A stretch of 64,000 bases of DNA. Source: Azolla caroliniana. Its lineage: Eukaryota; Plantae; Polypodiophyta. The translations under genes and the position numbers were made by a program. The stretch is taken from positions 19,592,001 to 19,656,000 of the forward strand of contig JBHGNT010000008.1 of NCBI GenBank assembly GCA_043228905.1, in the 5' to 3' direction. Shown here piece after piece: positions 11,500 through 24,500 of the stretch. How positions within the stretch are numbered: the first letter of the stretch is position 1; every line of letters starts with the position of its first letter. The notes beneath the pieces were generated by a model. The model did not search any database. It was not told where the DNA came from and saw only the letters and a list, made by a program, of their open reading frames with translations.

Positions 11500-11854
11500 T
11501 TTACTAACATTTTTTTGTTGCTGTTTTGATGTTTTTTGCGTGTGAGCGATGGGGATCTAACAAGGTTCGTCATGCTCTTCACAGGATCAAAACAACATTC
11601 TTAACTCGATATTCTTCTTTCTCGATCTCTCTTTTCTTTTCTATGATGCTTTCTTCTTGGTCATATGGAAGTGGTATTATGTTTTCTTTTCTTTTCTTTC
11701 ATCTTTCTACCATGATACGATGTTAATCTACTTATGCATCGGGCCAAGCGTGTTTGGACTAATCATACATGCTCAACTCATGGCCCTTTTGCATATTGCA
11801 ATGTATCTCCCACTCTCCCTTTGCATGAACCATCTCTTACGGTAATAATTATTC

Positions 11855-13395
11855 TTGTCACAAAGCTTTAGAGAAGCTATGACAAATGATCATAAGGAGG
11901 AATGGCTTGAGGCCATGAATGATGAGATGAATTCTTTGCAAGACAATCACACTTATGATCTAGTAAAGCTGCCCAAGGGCAAGAGAGCATTGAAAAACAA
12001 ATGGGTTTACAAGCTAAAGAGTGAGGAACATTGCTCACAACCAAGATACAAGGCAAGACTGGTTGTGAAGGGTTTCAACCAAAAAAAGGGGATTGATTTT
12101 GAGGAGATTTTCTCACCAGTAGTGAAGATGTCCTCGATCAGAGTTGTACTTGGTATTGCAACTAGTCTTGATCTAGAAATCAAGCAACTTGATGTAAGAA
12201 CTACCGTCCTCCATAGTGATTTGGAAGAAGAGATCTGCATGGATCAACCCAAAGGTTTGGAGTCAAAGGTAAGGAAAATATGGTATGCAGGTTAAAAAAG
12301 AGCTTGTACGGCCTAAAACAAGCTCCTAGACTTTGGTATAAAAAGTTTGACTCCTTTATGTTGAACCAAGGGTATAATAAAGCAAACACAGACCACTGCA
12401 TGTTTGTTAAGAAATTCTCAGATGGGGATTTTTTCATTCTGCTCTTGTATGTTGACGATATATTGATCGTTGGTTAAGACACCAACAAGATTGAGAAGCT
12501 GAAAAAGGAACTCAATAAATCTTTTGCCATAAAAGACTTGGGACCAGCCAAGCAAATCCTTGGGATGAAGATAACCAGGGATAGGGCCAACAAAAGACTA
12601 TGGTTGTCTCAAGAAAAGTACATTTAGAAGGTACTTGATAGATTTAACATGGTGAAGAGTAAGCCTGTCAACACTCCACTCACGGGCCACTTTAGACTCA
12701 GCTCAACTCAGTGCCCTACGAGTAAGGAATAGCAAGAAGGAATAAAACAAACACCATATGCCTCTGCAATTGGTAGTTTAATGTAGGCTATCATATGCAC
12801 AAGGCCGGACATTGCTCATGTCGTTGGTGTAGTGAGTCGTTTTCTCTCGAACCTGGAAAAGATCTTGTGATATCTGAGGGGTACCTCAAGAGTCTATCTA
12901 AAATTTGGTGAGAACCAAACTATATTACATGGATATACAGATGTCAATATGGCAGGTGATTTTGACTCTAGAAAGTTTACATCAAGGTATCTAATGATCT
13001 TTGCAGGGGGAGCGGTCTCTTGGCAGTCGAGACTGCAAAAATGTGTGGCATTATCCACAACAGAGGCTGAGTATATTGTTGCCATAGAAGCTAGTAAGGA
13101 ATTGCTATGGCTAAAGAAATTCCTACAAGAGTTGGGGCTCATCCAAGAAAGGTACATTTTGTATTGTGATAGCCAAAGTGCTATACACTTAAGCAAGAAT
13201 TCTCCCTTTCACTCTAAGTCAAAACACATTGATGTTAGATACCATTGGATTAGAGATGTGCTTGAAGAAAAGAAAATACACATTGAGAAGATACATACCA
13301 ATGAGAATAGCTCCGACATGATGACAAAACGTTTGTCAAGGGAAAAGCTTGAAGTTTGCAAACAAAAGGCAAACTTGGTTGTGCCCCCCACTTGA
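11855..13395 (+). pseudogene. Degenerate copia RT-RNase H, followed by PPT and an LTR start at 13410
   Basis: YKARLVVKGF, LYGLKQAP, LYVDD, STTEAEY, KHIDVRYHW with stops/frameshifts; AAGGGAGAAT then TGTTGGGG. Confidence 0.88.
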
Positions 13396-13972
13396 GCTCA
13401 AGGGAGAATTGTTGGGGCTTGTCCACTCAAGTGGAGCCGGCTGAGAGCCAAAGGGCCAATTGAGAGTCAGATGTGTGTCGGCAATCAGCTGAGCATACAA
13501 CCGATTGGGAGTCGGTTGAGCGCCGAATTCGCTTAGAGCCAAAAAGGAGAAAAGTTATAATTATTTATAATTATATATATATATATATGCCCTTTTTCTT
13601 TTAAACACGTTCGCGTTCACAAGTGGAAGGATCGCAGATAAATAGAAGGATAAGGAATATTCTGTTTGATTTTAGTACTTTTTCAGTGATAATACAAAAC
13701 ATATTGATACAAGTATCATACATTGTCAAATATACTATGAAAAAGGTTAAAAATCTGCCATTGTCGTGATTTAAAAATAAATAAAAAAATTGAAATTTCA
13801 AAAAGTTACATTCTCAATTTATATCACAAACTTTACAACCAATGTTTTTTTATAAGAAACGATATTCATAGGAATCGAAAGAATTCAAAACACATGCTTT
13901 TACATTACTCGATCTATTACAAGCGGAAGGTAGTTACACTTAATAGCCAAAAATACATTTATGATCATTCCT

Positions 13973-15188
13973 TTACGGAGAAGCACTACTATAACTAATA
14001 TACAATGAGGATTCCTCCTCGGATGTACCAATCAATGCATTATCTTCATCATAAACCAAATGGTGTGGCTCTAGATTATGTGTAGCAAAGCTCGTTTGTG
14101 TTCGACTCGAGCCACCTTGTAGACCTGGTAATTTTTCTTTTATTATATCTATTGTTGACTTCCTTAAACGTCCAGCTTTTGTAAGCATGAAGTCGTATAC
14201 GATGATATCCACATTAGAAATATCAAGGGTCGCGGTGTAATGAATGTTTCGCTTCCTCTTCCTACTTCCCCTTCTCATCGGGCATTCCATCATCTCCAAT
14301 GTATACTTACTCGTAAAAGCATTTTCACTTCTAGTGTTGTACCAATGCACTTTTATAGACTTGATCGTGTTTTCTATTTAAGGCATTAGAACTTCTAGAA
14401 TTCTACCAATCCAAAATTGGTGGCCTTGTTCGTTGTCATTAGCAGGTGATGCAATCAACATCCCCACTGCGAGCTCTTGCAAATTTCCTTGCCATCTAGC
14501 TTCAACTGCTTTGGTCATCCTTGGTCCCACATAAATGCCTCTTTCTTGTGGATGAACCAAACTGTCACTAATCTCATTAGTTGCTTGCTCCGGAGATTTA
14601 TTTACATGATCATGTTGTAGCAACCATGTGAATTGCATTTCCAAAGTCCAATTATCACTAGATACACAATTGTCAATAATTCATTTCTGATCACTGTGAA
14701 ACACATCCCACCATGACATGTCTTGTTGTGCGGCATATTTCTTTGCGGCCTCAATATGCTTGAATTTTTCTGTTAAGGCTTGGGGCCATAAGTGTTTTTG
14801 ATCTTCTACCAAGTCACTATGCAACTATTCTTTTGTATCAATTGGCATTTATTTAGCTCCATAGACTATTGTACTCGACATACAAAGTAAGAACTAGCAA
14901 CTGCCTTCAGGTTCCCATTTTGTAGAAGATGAATATTGCTTCGCATACAAACGCGTAGAACCACTTATATCATTTTTCTTTATCAAAAAAATGTGAAGAT
15001 GAATATTGCTTGACATACAAAAGCGTAGAACCACTTATATCATTTTTATTTATAAAAGAAATGTGATTGAAGCTTATATTGTTTAACTGGGCGAGCACTT
15101 TAACATTCACATCACCCCCATTTGATATATATCTCTTAAAGACATATACCTCCTTCAAGTGTAACACTTTTGGGCATGGTGTGTATGC
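13973..15188 (-). pseudogene. Sola/DUF7869-like transposase, C-terminal piece (4 of 4)
   Basis: Continues in frame from 21116 (ICD|AYTPCPKVLHL) across TSD ATCAC; later FWIGRILEV and HWYN segments; stops and frameshifts. Confidence 0.7.
14925..15066. repeat. 70-bp tandem duplication, two diverged copies
   Basis: GAAGATGAATATTGCT...AATGT begins at 14925 and 14995. Confidence 0.85.
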
Positions 15189-15420
15189 ATCACTATTGAG
15201 AGACAAGCTCAACATCGGCCGGATCGGCTGAGCAAGCCGAGGACCGGATTGGTTGGGACCGATTGGTTAGGCCGGACCGGTGCGTAAAACGGATACGCAA
15301 ACCGGTGTGTAACAAGAGGCCGTATCGGTGCGTAAATCGAAAGGCCGTTAGAGAGATATTCCTTGTAAGGAATAGTTTTGGGAGTAAGTGTCGAGGCTCA
15401 TTTATGAGCAGTCAAGTACT

Positions 15421-15916
15421 TGTTAGGAAACAGGTCCCTTCGGATGGGAAGTGAGAAGAATCCGGATGTGGAGTACCCGGCAACGGAAGAGCCGGTGAGA
15501 ACCGGATGTGGAGTACCCGACAACGGAAGAGCCGGTGAGAATCGGATGTGGAGTACCCGACAATGGAAGACCCGGTGAGAACCGGATGTGGAGTACCTGA
15601 CAACGGAAGACCCGGTGAGAACCAGATGTGGAGTACTTGGCAACGGAAGACCCGGTGAGAACCGGATGTGGAGTACCCGGCAACGGAAGACCCGGTGAGA
15701 ACCGGATGTGGAGTACTCGGCAACGGAAGACCCGATGAGAATCGGATGTGGAGTACTCGGCAACGGAAGACCCGGTGAGAACCGGATGACGAGTACCCGA
15801 CAAGGAAGACCCGGTGAGAACCAAATGCTCCAGGCCCGGTGAGAACCTCTCATCGGATGGAAGGGACATATATGTAAATATGTTCCAGAGAGCCCACCGG
15901 GGCTATATTTGTAAAT
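15421..15916 (+). repeat. 5' half of a D-family solo LTR inserted in C's 5' LTR; contains ~9 copies of a 40-bp tandem unit (15461-15846)
   Basis: TGTTAGGAAACAGGTCCC as at 21210; unit CCCGGTGAGAACCGGATGTGGAGTACCCGGCAACGGAAGA; left flank GTACT. Confidence 0.85.
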
Positions 15917-18074
15917 TGGTCTGACTCGTTCCTATCTATGCCGGAATCCAACACCTTCTTCTTCCCTTTCTCTTTGTGTGTAAGACATCTCCTCGGCTTC
16001 CTACGTGGGGAATGCACGACCGAGTCTCCACTACTCGTCGGCTAGTCATCAAATTGGTCGAACCGACTCAGTCGTCCATTTGGTCCACTTAACCGAAACG
16101 AAATTGAACTCTCTTCGCGGGTCCTGATTTTAGGCTCATCCAGAGGCATCTCTGTCTCGCTGACCTCATCTTCAGAGCTCGGATTGGAGTTGAGATCCGG
16201 AGTCGGAGGCAAGTACCAGGACGCGGACTCGTCAAACACAACGTCGCGGCTCACGCGCGCTTGTTTGGTGCGCGGGTTATACCACTTATAACCCTTCTGC
16301 TCGTTTGAGTAACCGACCAAGATACACTTCTCGGCTTTCACGTCCAACTTCCTCCTTTTCTCCTTCGGTACATGCACATACGCAATGCTATCGAAAACTC
16401 TCAAGTGTCGTAGATTCGGCTTCCTTCCGAAATACTGCTCATGCGTGGACAATTTTTCTCCGATCCGATTCTGGATGTATACCGCGGTTCGTACCGCCTC
16501 GGCCTAATAGAACTTGGGCAAGCTCTTTTCTTCTAGCATTGCCCGTGCCACTTCCACAATCGACCGATTCTTCCTCTCAGCCACACCATTTTGCTCCGGC
16601 GTGTATCTACAACTGAATTCGCGCCGAATTCCCATCTGTTGTAGATAACCGTTGAATTGACCGGAAAAGTATTCTTTTCCGCCATCCGACCATAGGCACT
16701 TGATCTTTCTTCCTATTTCTATTTCCACGAACCCTTTGAGGTCTCGGAAACAGTCGAAGACTTCGCTCTTCCTCTCAATGAGGTAGATCCACGTGTGCCG
16801 CGTGTAGTCGTCGATGAAGGAGATGAATATCGGCTCCCGCCAAGACTAACGTTTTGTGTCGGCCCCCACACATCGGAGTGTATCAAGTCGAGCTTGTTCC
16901 GGCTCCGGTTACGCTCGTTGGGGAAGGGAAGTCGATGTTGCTTCCCAAGCTAGCAGGCTTCACAAATTTGTGCCTTCCGGCCACTAAATTTGGGCAATCC
17001 GAACACCACCTGTTTCGATTGCAGGTCCTGAAGCCACTAATAATTGACGTGACCTATCCTCTTGTGCCATAAGTCAATGTCTGACTCGACTTTTTGTCCC
17101 TTCGCGAACATTGCGGTGCCACCGTCAATAGGGTCGAGGATGAACATCCTCCCATCTCTGCGCCCTTGCGCAATAACACGGCCTTCTTCCTCAATGAAGC
17201 ACCCGAGGTGTGTAAACCGAACCTCCATCCCTTGGTCGACGATCTGTCCGACTAACACCAAGTTCTTCATGATTGTGGGAACGTGTAGCACGTTCATGAG
17301 TTTCCCTTTCTGCCCGACATGGCTCAGGAGAACTTCTCTGACATTCGCGGATGTGGAGTGTCGTCTCCGGTTGCGACTACTCCCAGTTGCATCGGTTTTT
17401 CTAGGTACGAGAACCACTGCTTATGGCTCGCCATGTGATTTGATGCGCCAGAGTCGACGTACCACACCTGGTCCGGTTTTGGGGTGGTCTGCTTCATGGG
17501 GTTTGCTTCCTGTCTCATCACGAAGGCATACCCTTTTTCGGCTTTTCCGGATCCTTCGGCGTAGTGCGATCGGTGCCGGTTTCCTTTGTTGGTATGTCCG
17601 GAACCAGTCCTCTCCGACTCGGCGCGCTTTTTCCAGCACTCGCTCTCCCTGTGGCCTTTCTAGCCACAGTACCAGCATTCCGCGGCGGATTTCCCTGGCC
17701 GGTTCTCGTCGCCTCGACTCCCCTTGTGCTGTCAACATCACTTCGGTGCCTTCTTCCTTGATACCGTTGGCCGCCTCCATTGCGTACCGACTCGCCTCGT
17801 CCACCACGACCACGGGGCCTATCTCCCTCCGTGTACAACATCTTGATGTTGGCATGCATGCTTGTCAACGCACCCACGTGGTTCTCCTCTATAATGAGCA
17901 TCGACTGTAAGTCGAAAAACGATGGCGTATTCTCCCGTTTACACACAGCAGTTCGGAACGCTCCGAACTTTCACACCAAACCCCCGAGACAGACATGGAC
18001 CATCTCGCTTTCCTCGATGTTCACATCGATGGAAGCTAAGGAGTCGCATATGTCCGTCATCTTCGAGGTATAAT
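15917..18074 (-). pseudogene. Element C Gag-PR-INT, inverted relative to its RT
   Basis: FFDLQSMLIIEE, WYVDSGASNHM, LWHKRIGH, SDGGKEYF, QNGVAERKN on the minus strand. Confidence 0.88.
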
Positions 18075-18114
18075 CAAGCCCTGACAATCGAACTGACACA
18101 AGTACTGACAGTAC

Positions 18115-18530
18115 TGATAGGAATACGCTGACCTAAGCTATGCTCAGCCACAATCGAGACGTCGGATTAATCACAGAAAACAGGAATGTGGAGAGATGTA
18201 TCTACACACGAAACAGTAAAGAAGAGAGTGCACTGGATGTTAACGTGGAAAACCCAAATATGGGAAAAAACCACGGCAGCCCTCAGACTGCAAAATATCA
18301 CTATATCAAGATTACAACAATGGGGCACAGAGGCAACGACCTCTTGCTCCCTCGCTTCGCCACCAGGCGGTTACAACAGAGGCAACAACCTCTTCCTCTC
18401 TTGTCCTCTCAGTCTCTCTATACACAGTTCCGCTCAGAATTATCGCGACAACGATAATCACACAACCAACTCTACATCATCAACATTAAGTTTGCCCTAG
18501 GTCATATTTATACTAATATGACTTTCGGGC
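18115..18530 (-). repeat. 3' half of the solo LTR that starts at 15421 (inverted)
   Basis: Reverse complement resumes at GCCCGAAAGTCATATTAG where 15916 stops; ends CCTATCA followed by TSD GTACT and 36 bp of C LTR. Confidence 0.85.
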
Positions 18531-20681
18531 CCATCGGTTAATGACCGATTACGCCGATCTACCCGCCAGAAGAACCCAGTTGTGCGGTTCGGATACAACG
18601 AGTACATGGCGCATCATTATGCGTACATGACCCGTGTAGCGGAAGTGCGTGAGCCAGAAAGCTACGCAGAAGCGGCTAAGGTCGCGAATTGGCGTGCCGC
18701 AATGGAGGAAGAGATGCATGCATTGGCGGAAAATGAGACCTGGGACCTGGTTGACGCACCGAAGGGTGTGAAGCCTATCAGATGTAGGTGGGTGTACAAG
18801 GTCAAGTACAACACCGACGGCTTGGTCAACTAATACAAGGTCTGGTTAGTGGCAAAAGGCTACGCGCAGAAACACGACATCGACTACGATGAGACGTTTG
18901 CGCCGGTCGCGAAGATGACGACCGTCCGTGTTTTGCTCGCAGTAGCTGCGGCAAAGGGGTGGCACTTACATCAGATGGATGTAAAGAATGCATTCCTGCA
19001 AGATGAGCTTGAGGAACAGGTGTACATGGTACAACCCCCCGGATTTCACTCCAGAACGAACTGAAGCAAGCCCCGCGTGCTTGGAACGCGAAGATCATGC
19101 AACAACTACGTCGGATGGGCTTTGCAATGTCAAAATCGGACTCTCCTGTTCATCCGGAAAGGTCGACTAGGTCCGGTCAGTATCTTACTATATGTTGATG
19201 ACTTGGTCATCACCGGTGCCGACCTAGGTGAAATCAACCGCGTGAAGCTCCAACTTGGGGCATCGTTCGACATGAAGGATCTGGGGGATCTTCATTACTT
19301 CCTTGGGATCGAAGTGATCCGTACCCCCGAAGGCATATTGATCAGCCAACACCATTATGTGCTGAGTATGCTCTTCAAATTCAGGATGGCCGACTGTAAG
19401 TCCGTCTCGACTCCTCTGGATAGAACCGTGAAGCTTTGCCCCAATTCCGGAAAGGTATGCGACCTGACGAGATTCCAACAAATTGTCAGAAGCCTTATCT
19501 ACTTGACAATCACCCGACCCGATCTCAGTTATCTGGTTGTGGTGATCAGTCAGTTTATGGCGCGATCTACCGAGGAGCACCTTCAGTGTGCGCAATGCGT
19601 ACTACGGTACGTAAGCGGAACTAAGGACTGGGGACTGCTATATCGGACCGGTACAACCTTGCAGTTGTTCGGCTACACCGATGGTGATTGGGCTGGCAAC
19701 GCCGCCGATCGTCGATCCACGTCCGGATACGCGTTCTCTCTTAGGAGTGTCGTGATATTGTGGAGCAGTAAGAAGCAGGCGACAGTTGCACTGTCGAGCA
19801 CCGAAGCTGAGTACCGAGGAGTGGCTTTCGCAACATGCGAAGCCATATGGTTTAAGCGGCTACTTAAGGACTTGCAAGAGGAGGTGTCCAATCCGACGAC
19901 GATCTACTACGACAACCTCAACAACATCCAGCTCGCGAAGAACCCCATTTTCCACGCATGGACCAAGCACATTGAGGTGTACTACCATTTTGTCCGTGAG
20001 CGTGTCCTTTCTGGTGAAGTCGAACTTTAGTATATTCCAACGGATCGGCAAACTGCCGACATCTTCACCAAGCCTTTTGGACTGGAAAAGTTGCGGCAAT
20101 TCTCAGGTGCGCTTGGGTTGCGTCACCTCGACGTGCCGGACTTGAGGGGGAGAGATGTCCCGGATGACCACGGAAGGGGGAGAGAAGATCGTGACGCCGA
20201 CCGCGACGCCGAGTCGGATGACGAATTCGATTTCGGATCGGCTGATGAAGCCGAGGGTGGACCCGCGGAAGATTCCGGAAGCGAACATAAGGGGAGCAAC
20301 CGAAATGAAGAGCCGAAGTCAACCAAGCATGGGGGAGATGACGCCGTCAAGGGCAAGAAGACCGAAGACGAGTTGGAGACAACCAACTCAGACGAGAGCG
20401 AAAACCGATTGGAGGTAGCCGAGTCGGTTCGGATATTTGATTCGGATACACTGAATCAACCGAGGGCCAAGCAGAAAAGAAGGCAGCAGGAGAAGCACCA
20501 ACACATCGACAACAAGGGAGCTGTGAAGGGCCGTGGGAGCAGACAAGCCGACCGGAAGGGTCGAAGCACGCAGAATCGAACAGGTCGAGGAGCGCGAGCG
20601 AGGCATGGAGCCAAGAGAAACCGGAGCAGTGATCTGGAAGATCTGGAAGAGCCTCAAGTTGAGCTTGAGGGGGAGTGTTGA
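18531..20681 (+). pseudogene. Element C RT-RNase H plus ~175-aa charged C-terminal extension
   Basis: [31 protein letters not shown]; frame continues past LRG to QVELEGEC* at the LTR. Confidence 0.88.
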
Positions 20682-21115
20682 GAGACAAGCTCAACATCGG
20701 CCGGATCGGCTGAGCAAGCCGAGGACCAGATCGGTTGGGACCGATCGGTTAGGCCGGACTGGTGCGTAAAATGGATACACAAACCGGTGCGTAACGAGAG
20801 GCCGTATCGGTGCGTAAACCGAAAGGCCGTTAGAGAGATATTCCTCATAAGGAATAGTTTTGGGAGTAAGTGTCGAGGCTCATTTATGAGAAGTCAAGTA
20901 TTGTCAGTACTTGTGTTAGCCCGATTGTCAGGGCTTGTATAAAAGGTGCTCACTGAGCACGGTGTATGTACAGAGAGTTAGTATTTGTTGCATTGAGTTT
21001 TTTGTGTGTTTCCTCTCTATCTTTCCCGCGTACTGTGTATACTCAAGCTCTCCATTAAACCTGCGTATTTTCTGTGTGTTTGGTTCTCTATTGCTTTCGC
21101 ACATAATCTTTTACA
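20676..21115 (+). repeat. 3' LTR of C
   Basis: Preceded by TTGAGGGGGAG; TGTTGA...TTTACA; matches 15194-15420. Confidence 0.9.
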
Positions 21116-21209
21116 ATCACAAATGACATCGAGTAGTTTCGGTAATGTGAAAGCATCATGCCGAGACAACTGTTTGGAGAATGTGCTAAACATATGATCT
21201 ATATGATTA
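21116..21209 (-). pseudogene. Sola/DUF7869-like transposase piece 3 of 4
   Basis: 94 bp between two LTRs translates (N)HIDHMFSTFSKQLSRHDAFTLPKLLDVICD, in frame with both neighbours. Confidence 0.8.
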
Positions 21210-21541
21210 TGTTAGGAAACAGGTCCCTTCGGATGGGAAGTTAGAAGAACAGTACTGATGAGTAAACTCGGCCGAGGCCGAATCCGGATGTGGAGTACCT
21301 GGCTACGGAAGACCCGGTGAGAACCGGATGACGAGTACCCGACAAGAGCGGGATGGTGAAGGCCCGGTGAGAAGTGCTCACCGGATGAAGGGACATATTC
21401 GTAAATATGTTTTCTGAGAGTCAATTGGGGCTATATTTGTAAATAGCCGAAAAGTCATATTAGTATAAATATGACTTAGGGCAAACTTAGAGTAAGTTGT
21501 TGTTGTCATTCTTGTTGGCGCAAGATTAGAGCGCAACAGTG

Positions 21542-21581
<40 letters not shown>

Positions 21582-24500
21582 CGAAGAGTTCGTATCTCTG
21601 TTGCAACCGCCGCCTGTGGCGAAGACAGTGAACAAGAGGTCATTGCCTCTGTGTTCATCTATTGTATATTGTTACATAGTGATAGTTAGCAGTCAGTGGA
21701 CTGCCGTGGTTTTTCCCGTGTTTGGGTTTTCCACGTAAACATCCTGTGTACTCTTCTCTCCATTGTGTCTGCATTCATTCCTGTTTTCTGTGTTTGATTC
21801 TAAGCTTGGTTGTGGCTGAGCGTTGTTCATCGGGAGCGTGTAGTTCCTGACAAAGTGGTATCAGAGCGAAACGACACAGAAAATGGACGAATCGTTGGGA
21901 GGCATGTTCAAGCTCACCAGCTCCAACTATTCAGTGTGGAAGTCGAAGATGAGGGACATGCTCGTGGTTAAGGATCTTTGGTTTCCGGTTCAATTCGGGG
22001 ACAAGAGACCGGACAAAATCGACGCCACGATATGGGAGGTGATGCACATGAAGACAATGGCCTACATACGGTGCTTCATCGACATGAGTCTATACAACAA
22101 CTTCAATGAAGAGAGCAAGGCTCATGAGCTCTGGGAGAAGATCGGTGATGCACATGAAGACAACGGCCTACATACGGTGCTTCATTGACATGAGTCTATA
22201 CAACAACTTCAATGAAGAGAGCAAGGCTCATGAGCTCTGGGAGAAGATCAACATTATGTTTCAAAACAAAAATGCTGTTAATCAGATTTCGGTATTTCGG
22301 AAGCTAGTAAGACTCCGGTACCAAGATGGCTCCAGCATGGCGGAGCACATGAATGCCTTCCAGGGGCTGATCCACCAGGCAACATCATTGGAAGTACCTC
22401 TCGCCGATGAGGTACTAGCACTACTCCTGGTCGGTTCCCTCCCAGATAGCTAGGAGATGTTGGTTGTCACTTTGGGCAACGCCGGGCCGGAAGGGAAATG
22501 GTTATCCCTAGCAAGAGTGAAGTCGAGCTTGCTAGATGAGGAGGCGCGTCGGAAAGATAAGGATACGAGCTCCGACTCCAAAGCGCTCCTTACCGAATTG
22601 GAACACGGAAGACAAAGGAACCGTAGTCCCCAGAACCGGGAGAAGTCGGGGACACGGTCAAAGTCAAGGGGGAGGCCTACCTGCTTCTATTGCGGCAAGC
22701 CGGGACACATCCAGAAAAATTGTCGGCACTTCTGAAAGGACAATGAAACCGACGGCACCGATTCGAAGTGGACACCGGACCAAAACGATAAAGAACGGAG
22801 GGGGCCGGACCAGAAGGGAACGCCGACAAATGCGGCAAGTGAAGAAGATTTGATGCTCATCACTGAGGAGAGTGAGCTAAACCTTGCCGGCGACGAGATG
22901 ACCTGGGTGGTCGACTCCGGAGCGTCGTTCCACCTTACCCCGGACCGGAAATACTTCTCATCCTACTCAGCCGGTGATCACGGCTGTGTCCGGATGGGGA
23001 ATGAAGGTACATGCCGAATTGTCGGCATAGGAGACGTGTGGTTGACAACGCCAACCAGATGCAAGCTGCTGCTGAAGGATGTCTGACACGTTCCGGAGGT
23101 TCGTCTGAACCTAATATCAGCCGGTCGGCTAGATGATGAAGGCTAGACGGGTAGCATCCGGAACGGTGTTATGAAGTGCAGCAAAGGGAGCCTGATTGTG
23201 GCTCAGGCCCAGAAGGTCAACACGTTGTACCTGATGAATGCCCGGTTATGCCCGAAAAAGTGAACGTGGCATCCGATACTGCTGATGAGCTGTGGCACAA
23301 GAGGCTATGTCACATGAGAGAGAAGGGGATGAAGAGGCTTGCAAACGACAACCTCATTCCAGTGAAGAACGTGCACTTGGAGAAGTGGACTGATTGTCTG
23401 GCCGGTAAACAAAACCAGACCTCCTTCCGATCGAGGCCACCGATGAGACATAATGCACCACTAGAGTTGGTGCATACTGATGTATGTCAAGTGGACACGA
23501 AGTCACATGCCGGATCACAGTACTTCGTGATGTTCATAGATGAACACAGCCGGAAGCTGTGGGCCACACCGGGGAGAAACCGGCCGGAAGCTGAAGGTGG
23601 TTCGAGCAGATAACGTAGGTGAATACCGGGTGCAGTTCGAGGAGTATTGTCGCTCGAAGGGAATCCGGCTCGAATTTACCATGCCGAAGACGCCGGAACT
23701 AAACGGGCTGGCCAAAAGGATGAACCGGACCATAATGGAGAGGGTCTAGAGTACGTTGGCGCATGCAAAACTACCCAAGAAGTTTTGGGCTGAGGCACTG
23801 TCGAAGGCGACATATGTGATAAACTGATCACCCTCAGTACCCTTGGACGGAGACATGCCACAGAGAGTCTGGACCGGTAAGGAAGTGTCCTACCGGCATC
23901 TGAAGGTATTCGGGTGTCTTGCGTATGTGCATATAGCTAAAGACTGGAGAGGAAAACTAGATCCGAAGACCCGACCATGCATATTCCTCAGTTACGGTGA
24001 CGATGAGTTCAGCTACCGAGTGTGGGACCTGGTCGATAAGAAGGTATTCCGGAGTCGAGATATTATCTTCATGGAGGACAAGACACTCACCGACTGGGTG
24101 TCGGAGAAGAAGATAATGAAATCCGAGTCGACCGGTAAGGATCGATTCTACGATGAGCAAACCCAACAGGCAAGAGACCGGTTAGCACTCGAGGAACCAG
24201 CCGGTTACGGTGAGGATACCGAACAGGCAGAAGAAGAAGTAGAGGAAGTTGAAACCGGAATCGGCCAAGACCCCAAATCAGATTTGAATGAAGAGCAAAT
24301 GGAGGGGCCGGTTATCGAGGCCCAAAGACGGAAATATCCTCTTAGAGAGAGAAGGGCCCCCCAAAGATTTCCGGATGCAGAGCATGTGTTGCTAACCGAT
24401 GAGGGGGAGCCAGATAGCTTCGAAGAAGCGAAGGATGATACCCACAACCGCAAATGGTTAAGTGCCATGCAGGATGAGATGGATTCCCTGCACGAGAACC

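Larger units (their letters stand above)
15194..21115 (+). mobile_element. Degenerate, internally rearranged copia C
   Basis: LTR start at 15194 matches 3' LTR 20676-21115; TSD ATCAC at 15189-15193 and 21116-21120. Confidence 0.9.

Noticed and set aside
11022-13545. A single short non-autonomous LTR element
   Set aside because: The two LTR starts do not match and no TSD was found.
13590-13625. CGCGTTCACA as a TIR partner of TGTGAACGCG at ~41978
   Set aside because: Only 10 bp match and the second copy lies inside the putative LTR starting at 41933; transposon termini could not be defined.
15194-15200. TA start of C's 5' LTR as a second non-canonical terminus
   Set aside because: The sister LTR starts TG, so this is a post-insertion mutation.
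15461-15846. Regular ~40-bp periodicity resembling a CRISPR array (also 62070-62395 and 45600-46520)
   Set aside because: Units are contiguous with no unique spacers, lie inside LTR-like elements, and there are no cas-like ORFs; the context is eukaryotic.
15398-15869. Repetitive ORFs in three frames (also 45591-46549, 61950-62462, 1180-1505)
   Set aside because: By-products of stop-poor tandem repeats inside LTRs.
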